From NCBI GenBank assembly GCA_013203145.1, contig JABMOV010000105.1, forward strand, positions 1-62,366: a stretch of 62,366 nucleotides of DNA, written 5' to 3'. The number at the start of each line of letters is the position of its first letter. The first letter of the stretch is position 1. Source of the DNA: Fidelibacterota bacterium. GTDB lineage: Bacteria; Fidelibacterota; Marinisomatia; Marinisomatales; JABMOV01. The notes below the pieces were generated by a model. It was not told where the DNA came from. It made no database searches and worked only from the letters and a program-made list of their open reading frames with translations. Shown in pieces: positions 50,793 to 58,074 of this stretch. The position numbers and the translations under genes are program-made.

Positions 50793-52028
50793 TTAAACTT
50801 TAAAACTTTGTCGTTCTCGAGGAGCAATACATTTGGTTTTCGAATTCATTTCCGCCAAAAGTTTTTGAGCGGTTTTCAATTTCATATCTATATCATCATC
50901 ATTTTGATCTGGATCGTGATGAATAATGTGTAATTCTTTTACGCCCGCCTGATGAGCCAGCTTCACAACTTGTGACACAGAGGAATGTCCCCAAGTACTC
51001 TTTTGCTTATATTCCTCGTCGGTATAGGTAGTATCGGTAATTAAAATATCTGCGGAACTTAAAAAAGCGGTTAGTTTTTCCCAGTAATCCAAATTATAGT
51101 TTCGTGAATTTTCAGGAAATAACTCATTATCGGTTATGTAACAGATAGATCGGTTCTTGTATTCTAATCGATACCCAAGGCAAGTACCGGGATGAGAAAG
51201 TAACATCGTTTTTAGCTTGATATTATTTATCTCGATTTCCTCTTCCTTGAGATTTCGAAAATATGTTCTGGAGGCAAACTCTTTCATCGTGATGGGAAAA
51301 TAGACCCCATCCATTTGAGCTGAAATCAATTCACGCATAGTAATATCACCGTGAGAAGCACCCAATATCTCGAATTCATTTCCTGGGATGTATAAGGGAA
51401 CAAAGAATGGCAGGGCGTTGATATGATCCCAGTGGGGATGAGAAATGAGGATTTTTGCATGAAGTTTTGGACCCTGTGTGCTCAATAAGTGATTTGACAA
51501 CTGTTTGATTCCTGAGCCAGCGTCGAGAATAAAGAGATTGTTTTTTGGGAATTGGATTGATACACAGCAGGTATTGCCACCATACTTAAGTGATTCTTTC
51601 CCAGGAACCGGCAGTGTCCCACGTACACCCCAATACGTTAATTCGATTTTGTCTTCAATTATATCTTCTAAGTGTTTGATGAATACTTCATTGTCTAATG
51701 GTTTAGTTAAATACCCATCGGCACCTAATTCCAGGGCACGTTGTTGATCATGCTCATACGTTTTGCCCGAAAAAATAACAATTTTAAGATTTTCCAGGTT
51801 TGGTTCCTGCCGCAATAACCGGCACATATCTAATCCATCTATTCCAGGCATCATTAGATCGAGAATTACTACATCCGGCTTAGTCCTCTTTATTTCCACA
51901 ATAGCCTCAGTGCTGGAAGAGCTGGTAATTACCTTTGCCTTGTATCCCTCCAGTAATGATTTCAGTATTAACAATGTACCGGGATCGTCATCGACTATAT
52001 GAATAATAATATTTTTTAATATGGACAT
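50793..52028 (-). CDS. response-regulator receiver domain fused to MBL-fold metallo-hydrolase
   Basis: N-terminal REC domain ('IVDDD', phospho-acceptor context 'VILDLMMPG', 'FSGK'). The C-terminal beta-lactamase fold has 'SHPHWDH'. Confidence 0.8.
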   Translation of the reverse strand: MSILKNIIIHIVDDDPGTLLILKSLLEGYKAKVITSSSSTEAIVEIKRTKPDVVILDLMMPGIDGLDMCRLLRQEPNLENLKIVIFSGKTYEHDQQRALELGADGYLTKPLDNEVFIKHLEDIIEDKIELTYWGVRGTLPVPGKESLKYGGNTCCVSIQFPKNNLFILDAGSGIKQLSNHLLSTQGPKLHAKILISHPHWDHINALPFFVPLYIPGNEFEILGASHGDITMRELISAQMDGVYFPITMKEFASRTYFRNLKEEEIEINNIKLKTMLLSHPGTCLGYRLEYKNRSICYITDNELFPENSRNYNLDYWEKLTAFLSSADILITDTTYTDEEYKQKSTWGHSSVSQVVKLAHQAGVKELHIIHHDPDQNDDDIDMKLKTAQKLLAEMNSKTKCIAPRERQSFKV

Positions 52029-52250
52029 TGTTTCAATTTACATTGTAAAGAAACGTAATACACAGTGACTTTTAGGGAAGTTATACCGATGAAAGATTAT
52101 ATAATGTGTACGTAGGTGTAATAAGCTATAATTTTGACATCCATTATTAACATTAAGAATTCATTCTAAACATAGATATTGTGGATTTACCGTGGAGTAT
52201 CCTACTCAACGGTTGTCGGTTTTAAATAAAATAAAAACTTTTGAGCATTC

Positions 52251-55001
52251 ATGACAACATTCTGTAATTATTACTATCAGATTAGAAGATTTATTAACGA
52301 ATTTCAAAAATTAAAGAGGTGCCCCTTGCGAAATGCAATTATTCTTTTGATTATATCTTCGCTTTTTGCTAATGAGTCGACTTTTAATCCTGAAGATTTT
52401 AGGTTCCGAGATGTTTATGCTGTTCGCTTGGAGAAACCACTAGTGTTAGATGGTCTTCTGTCGGAAGACATCTATTCTGGACCATTCGTTTCAGATTTTA
52501 TTCAATATGCTCCTAACAATGGAAATCGAGCCACAGAGAAAACTGATATGTGGATTGGTTATGATGACGAAGCTCTTTATGTTGGTGCTCGTATGTGGGA
52601 TGCCAGTCCTGATTCAATTGTAACTCGTATTGGGCGCCGGGATGATCATTTTAATTCCGATTTATTTGAAGTGATTATCGATTCATATAATGATAAGCGC
52701 ACCGGTTTTTCATTCCAAATTAATCCGTCTGGAGCCATCCGTGACGAAACATATTATAATGATAGTTGGACCGACCTAAGCTGGGATGGCATCTGGGAAG
52801 GGAAGACCAGTATCGATGATAAAGGATGGACGGCCGAACTGCGTATACCATATTCTCAACTTCGGTTTGACGAACAGGAAGAATATACCTGGGGCATTTT
52901 CCCCACACGGTATATACAGCGTCGTGGCGAATGGGATTATTTTATGTACAAACCGCTCGAGGAAAGTGGAGCCATGTCGAAAGCGGCAACGTTACACGGC
53001 ATCCGTGGTATTAAACCACCAAGAAGACTTTCTGCTATGCCATATTTTGCTTCGAGCACGAGCAATCTACCATCGCAGGAGAATAATGCATTTACGGGCG
53101 GTCGTCGTTCGAATATAGGGATTGGAACTGATATCAGAATGGGCATTGGCGGAAACCTGACCCTTGATGCAACGATAAATCCTGATTTCGGCCAGGTTGA
53201 AGTTGATCCTTCCAGTATCAATCTATCAGCGTACGAAACGTACTACGCGGAGAAAAGACCGTTTTTTGTTGAGGGACGTTCAATATTTGATTTTGGTAGC
53301 AGTGGTCCAACCAATAACTGGGGTTTTAACTGGAGTAGTCCAAGTTTTTTTTATAGTCGGAGAATTGGTAGATCGCCACAAGGTTACATTGGGGTGCCTT
53401 CTGATTCACTGAACCAGCCAGATGCAACACGCATCCTTGGAGCTGTAAAGGTTAGTGGTAAATTGAAAGGTGACTGGTCGGTTGGTGTATTAAGTGCCCT
53501 AACCAGTCGCGAGTTTGGTGAATACTATCTTGATGGCAAAAAGGATGAGCAACAAATAGAACCACTTACTTCATATAATGTGCTTCGTGCGCAAAAGGAA
53601 ATAGCCGATGGTCGTCGTGGTATTGGCTTTATTGGATCGTTTACAAATCGAAGTTTCAACGGTTCCAACCTAACTGGGATTGATGGTATTTATACTCTAT
53701 CAGACAATCTGGCCGAACAAGCGTTAACCTTCGGCGTCGATGGTTGGAATTTCTTTGGGGAAGATCGAGATTGGGCACTTGGTGCCTGGGCCGGTATGTC
53801 ACATGTAAGCGGCACTCAGAATCGCATCGCTAGTCTACAGAAAAACTCAAGTCACTATTTTCAAAGGCCTGATGCTGATCATCTTGACTTTGATCCAACT
53901 CTCACTGAACTAAATGGGTTTGCAGGACGACTTTCACTCAACAAAGAGCAGGGAAATATCCAGTTTAACACGGCATTGGGAGCGATATCGCCAGGCTTTG
54001 ATAGCAATGATCTTGGACGTACGTCCGTTACTGATAGGATAAATCAGCATACAGTAATAGGCTATCGCTGGACTGAGCCCGGCAAGACTATCCGATCTGC
54101 AAGGGTGGATTTTGCTTACCAGACAAATCATAACTTCTCAGGTGTGAAAAATGGTGTACAGATTATTTCTATGGGTTATGCCAGCTTCCTCAATTATTGG
54201 GGTGTTAATTATTTTTACAATTGGATGCCTGAAGTATTGAGCACAACGGCTCTTCGTGGGGGTCCCGCAGTCATTAGACCAACTATTCATAGCCTGGATT
54301 TAGGTGTAAACAGCGATGGCCGAAAGCAAATTTCCGGCGATGCATATGTCAGCTTCTCGACAGATGCTGGTGGTGGCCATAGTGAGTTTTTTGAATTATC
54401 AGCGGACATGAATTTTGGCGACCAGTTTAATGTGAGTATTGGTTCATATATATCAAATAATTTAGAGATGACTCAATATATCCATAGAGAGCCAGATTCT
54501 TTAGCCACAGCAATGTTTGGGAATCGTTATATAGTAGGCCAAATGGAGCAGCACACCGTTGGTTCGAATATTCGAATTAGTTACACATTTACTCCCAAAC
54601 TATCTTTACAGGCTTATATACAACCATATCTATCCGTTGGGAAGTACAGCCACTTCAAAGAATATGCCGCACCTGAAACGTACTCATTCATCAATTATGG
54701 TGACGATGCATTCACAGTGACGGAGGATGGCAATTATGTGATTGATCCACAAGGTGACCCGGATACAGACGATCAGTTTACAATTTATAACCCTGATTTT
54801 AACTCGAAATCGCTGGTGGGTACCGCCGTATTGCGATGGGAATTCAGCCCTGGTTCTACAGCATTTCTGGTTTGGACACGTAATGGCTCAAACTATGATC
54901 GCCCAGGAGTCTACGATTTTGCTCGTGATATGGGAGATGTGCTTTCTGCCCAGGCAGATGACTTTATTGCTCTTAAAGTAACCTATCTACTTGGGAAATA
55001 G
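52251..55001 (+). CDS. DUF5916-like outer-membrane protein with N-terminal carbohydrate-binding (CBM9-like) region
   Basis: 916 aa. It contains 'NPDFGQVEVDP' and a long beta-rich C-terminal region. A likelier start is the TTG at 52326 (AAGAGG SD 6 nt upstream), giving the signal peptide MRNAIILLIISSLFA. The family call is from memory. Confidence 0.6.
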   Translation: MTTFCNYYYQIRRFINEFQKLKRCPLRNAIILLIISSLFANESTFNPEDFRFRDVYAVRLEKPLVLDGLLSEDIYSGPFVSDFIQYAPNNGNRATEKTDMWIGYDDEALYVGARMWDASPDSIVTRIGRRDDHFNSDLFEVIIDSYNDKRTGFSFQINPSGAIRDETYYNDSWTDLSWDGIWEGKTSIDDKGWTAELRIPYSQLRFDEQEEYTWGIFPTRYIQRRGEWDYFMYKPLEESGAMSKAATLHGIRGIKPPRRLSAMPYFASSTSNLPSQENNAFTGGRRSNIGIGTDIRMGIGGNLTLDATINPDFGQVEVDPSSINLSAYETYYAEKRPFFVEGRSIFDFGSSGPTNNWGFNWSSPSFFYSRRIGRSPQGYIGVPSDSLNQPDATRILGAVKVSGKLKGDWSVGVLSALTSREFGEYYLDGKKDEQQIEPLTSYNVLRAQKEIADGRRGIGFIGSFTNRSFNGSNLTGIDGIYTLSDNLAEQALTFGVDGWNFFGEDRDWALGAWAGMSHVSGTQNRIASLQKNSSHYFQRPDADHLDFDPTLTELNGFAGRLSLNKEQGNIQFNTALGAISPGFDSNDLGRTSVTDRINQHTVIGYRWTEPGKTIRSARVDFAYQTNHNFSGVKNGVQIISMGYASFLNYWGVNYFYNWMPEVLSTTALRGGPAVIRPTIHSLDLGVNSDGRKQISGDAYVSFSTDAGGGHSEFFELSADMNFGDQFNVSIGSYISNNLEMTQYIHREPDSLATAMFGNRYIVGQMEQHTVGSNIRISYTFTPKLSLQAYIQPYLSVGKYSHFKEYAAPETYSFINYGDDAFTVTEDGNYVIDPQGDPDTDDQFTIYNPDFNSKSLVGTAVLRWEFSPGSTAFLVWTRNGSNYDRPGVYDFARDMGDVLSAQADDFIALKVTYLLGK

Positions 55002-55036
55002 TAACCGATTGTAAAACAAATCTGATTCACGATTAG

Positions 55037-55105
55037 TTCACCATCCCAATAACCCAATTTTGATTAAGCGGTGGTGCGATCCACCGCTTGACGAATGAAT
55101 TGTAA
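55037..55105 (+). pseudogene. decayed 3'-terminal fragment of a paralog/allele of the GME-superfamily gene 49494..50381
   Basis: Ungapped alignment with 50313..50381 matches 56 of 69 nt by my own count. It translates FTIPITQF*LSGGAIHRLTNEL* against ITIPTTQFRLSGGAIHCLTNEL*, showing an in-frame stop and catalytic Cys to Arg. Confidence 0.8.
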
Positions 55106-55201
55106 GTGGTTTTATCAACCGGAACACTTTACAGTTGAAACATTTCTTATAACTAAATAGCATAATGTTATTACGATTTCAGTTACTATTAAAACTCATA
55201 T

Positions 55202-55221
55202 AAATACGTAGTAGAGCGTAT
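55202..55221 (+). repeat. 20-nt exact direct repeat, copy 2 (AAATACGTAGTAGAGCGTAT)
   Basis: Identical to 39841..39860. It is preceded by the -10-like TATAAA and lies 90 nt upstream of the 55312 cassette. Confidence 0.9.
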
Positions 55222-55311
55222 TGTATTATTCAATACCACGTTACTATACTTATTACTTATTTTTAGAATATACTCAATGCGTTTTCACAACTAAACGAAA
55301 CAGGAGATATT

Positions 55312-56109
55312 TTGGGGCATACTCGATTAGGATATATACCAAAATCAAAAAAATTCAAAGCGCTTTTGGAAAACTATTTTTCTAACGGGGCATTTGACAA
55401 TTCTGAGATTGAAAAAGCAATAATCACAATTGCTGGAGCTACACTTGAAGCTGCAAAAGAAGGAATGAGAATCGCTAAATCTGATAAAGGTGTACAATTT
55501 ATATTTAGTCTTTTAACTCAAATTGTCTCTTCGTCTTCAAATGATAATTGGTATGACGAGATGAAAAATTTGGGAATTAATATCAATAATAAATCTCAAT
55601 ATTTTGATTTATCCTGTGAATCTCAAAAATTAGTTGATCAATATTTATTCCATAATAACCTTGGTTCTGATCTAAGCGAAATGGCTCAATCTGCAATGGG
55701 AGATGCATTGTCGTCTGTTGTGAAAAGTGAGACAGTCAATCTATTTAAATCTGACAATGACCTTCAGAGCAGATTTAATAAAAATACAGAACAAGAAAAT
55801 TTCGTTTGTATCAGCAAATCATTTTTCAGTGGATTTTTAAATAGATATCTGAATTTTTTTCTAAGCCGGATATCAGTTGATACTAATCGTGGGAAAATGA
55901 TTAGAAACCTACAAGACAATAGGGATTTCAATAAATCGCTAAAGATTCACTGCGATCAAACTTCTTACATAGTTGAGGATTTTAGTAGAGGATGGTATGG
56001 AAAAACTAGGTATAAGAATAAAATCGATAAGCCCGACACCACAGGATTTGTTGCCACAGCTTTAGATAAGCTTAAAAACGAGATGATTATGCAGGGTAAG
56101 GGAAAATAG
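55312..56109 (+). CDS. hypothetical protein, first gene of the QueC-like/SIR2-like cassette (possible QatB-position partner)
   Basis: 265 aa. TTG start with an AGGAGA SD at 55303-55308. Its TAG stop overlaps the GTG start of the next gene (TAGTG). No motif recognised. Confidence 0.65.
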   Translation: MGHTRLGYIPKSKKFKALLENYFSNGAFDNSEIEKAIITIAGATLEAAKEGMRIAKSDKGVQFIFSLLTQIVSSSSNDNWYDEMKNLGININNKSQYFDLSCESQKLVDQYLFHNNLGSDLSEMAQSAMGDALSSVVKSETVNLFKSDNDLQSRFNKNTEQENFVCISKSFFSGFLNRYLNFFLSRISVDTNRGKMIRNLQDNRDFNKSLKIHCDQTSYIVEDFSRGWYGKTRYKNKIDKPDTTGFVATALDKLKNEMIMQGKGK

Positions 56110-57980
56110 TGATCCAGCCCAGGATATATCTCTGTAATGGAATTTGCGAGAAGGAATATCCTTTATTACCTGACAAATACAAACCTGTCGAATTAAATTC
56201 GAATATTAGGTTCCCCAACGTAAATGTATTTATAGAACTTTATAATATAACTAACAGGTTAAATAATAATATTTCTCCAAGAATGCGTGATTTATTAGAG
56301 ATAGCGTCTTATATATATTGTGGGGATATTGCGACAAGTAGAGGATCTCACTGGACAAATAAGAGTTCAATTGAATCTTGGCAGCGTGAACTTAAATATG
56401 TTATTCCAGTTCGTGATTATGATTTTTGGACTCAATCTTCAGTAATATTCCAATTAAGAGAAACTTTAAATTTCTTAACAAATGATATTTATGATTTTGA
56501 GTTTCGCAAATTAAATATTTCTGATCATGATCAGATGTATATCAAATTATCAGAAGATAAAAAAATAAATGATTATATCTTTGACAAAGTAGTATTATTC
56601 TCAGGAGGACTTGATTCTTTAGCTGGAGCAATTGAATCTTTACACAATGATGAAAAAATTATACTGGTCAGTCATAGATCAAATGCAGTATTAGATAGTC
56701 GTCAAAGGAAATTATTTTTCGAGATTCAACGCAAGTACAAGAAAAATGTATATCATATTCCGGTATGGGTAAATAAGGCCAAAGGGCTAAGCAATGATTA
56801 TACGCAAAGAGCTAGATCATTTCTCTTTTCTTCACTTGGAGCAATAGTTGCCCACTCACTTTCGATTAATAATATTAGATTTTACGAAAATGGAACGGTT
56901 TCAATCAATTTACCTGTAGCAGAAGAGGTCGTTAGAGCGCGGGCATCAAGAACCACCCATCCAAAAACATTATTTTACTTCCAAAAATTTTTCAGTTTGG
57001 TAACAGAGAAAAAATTAAATGTTGAAAATCCATTTATATACTGCACAAAAACTGACGTTGTCACCAAACTTAAAAAATATAATGCTGAACATTTAATACC
57101 GTTGTCTTGTTCATGCGCGCATCCGTTTGAAAAAACAAAAACTCAATGGCATTGCGGTATATGTAGTCAATGTATTGATAGGAGGGTGGCAATACTATCT
57201 TCAGGATTAAGTGAGTATGATTCCGATAACGATTACATAACTGATGTCTTTCTAGGTAAGCGTAAAATAGGACCTCAAAGAAACATGGCATTGGGATATA
57301 TAAAATTAGGATTAGATTTATATGATCTTGATGAATCAGTCTTATATGAAAAATTCAGTCTTGAAATATCTAGGGCGATAGAAAATTCTGATAATCGTAG
57401 TGAGGCTGCAGGATCAATAATTAGTCTTTTAAAAAGACATGGGGAAACCGTACGGAATGTATTTCGAGAACAGTATAGGTCTAATTCTGATAAAATTATT
57501 GATGGGGAAATTGAACCAAGTTCAATATTGGGATTAGTAATTGGACAAAAACACAATGAGAAATCATGGATGAAATTTGCTAATAGAATTTTTGAAATAT
57601 TAAACGATGGAATTCCAATTATTTGCCAAACTGAAAAACCTGATATTGAACCTAGATTGCAAGAAATGTGTGATGGATTACTAAGTTCAAATGGGGAAAT
57701 ATTAGATCGGGAATATCCTTTTGTTCAATGGGCATCTCGATTAACAAAACCTGATTGGCAGTCTGAAGAATATTCACTATTTGTTGAACTGAAATACATT
57801 AGGGAAAAAAGCGATATCAGTAGGATTACGCGGAGTATTTCGAGTGATATTACTACATATGGTGATAATGGTAGAAAAACTTTATTCGTGGTATATGATC
57901 CATATTATTTACTTATTAGCCGTGACAAGTTCGTTTCAGATATTGAAAAACATGATGGCCAGCTAGCAAAGATAATTTAG
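56109..57980 (+). CDS. QueC-like PP-loop ATPase with long N- and C-terminal extensions
   Basis: 623 aa. PP-loop 'VVLFSGGLDS' (residues 161-170, nt 56589-56618). QueC-type Cys cluster 'SCSCAH...HCGICSQCIDRR' (C336-x12-C349-x2-C352-x2-C355). C-terminal 'KPDW...VELKY' (residues 547-563). Confidence 0.7.
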   Translation: MIQPRIYLCNGICEKEYPLLPDKYKPVELNSNIRFPNVNVFIELYNITNRLNNNISPRMRDLLEIASYIYCGDIATSRGSHWTNKSSIESWQRELKYVIPVRDYDFWTQSSVIFQLRETLNFLTNDIYDFEFRKLNISDHDQMYIKLSEDKKINDYIFDKVVLFSGGLDSLAGAIESLHNDEKIILVSHRSNAVLDSRQRKLFFEIQRKYKKNVYHIPVWVNKAKGLSNDYTQRARSFLFSSLGAIVAHSLSINNIRFYENGTVSINLPVAEEVVRARASRTTHPKTLFYFQKFFSLVTEKKLNVENPFIYCTKTDVVTKLKKYNAEHLIPLSCSCAHPFEKTKTQWHCGICSQCIDRRVAILSSGLSEYDSDNDYITDVFLGKRKIGPQRNMALGYIKLGLDLYDLDESVLYEKFSLEISRAIENSDNRSEAAGSIISLLKRHGETVRNVFREQYRSNSDKIIDGEIEPSSILGLVIGQKHNEKSWMKFANRIFEILNDGIPIICQTEKPDIEPRLQEMCDGLLSSNGEILDREYPFVQWASRLTKPDWQSEEYSLFVELKYIREKSDISRITRSISSDITTYGDNGRKTLFVVYDPYYLLISRDKFVSDIEKHDGQLAKII

Positions 57981-58074
57981 TCGCAATTATTCGAAGAATT
58001 TTTGTACATCAAGAATTATAATTTTATTTACGTTTATTACTATACTTGTTTCAAATGAATCTCTTGGAGGTATC

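Noticed and set aside
39841-55221. The two 20-nt exact direct repeats as attL/attR of a 15.4-kb integrated element.
   Set aside because: The enclosed segment carries housekeeping-type genes (rodZ-like, kdsD, the gldA/F/G-like ABC system, a ROK kinase). I found no integrase, transposase or replication gene there. A shared regulatory or leader motif is a simpler explanation.
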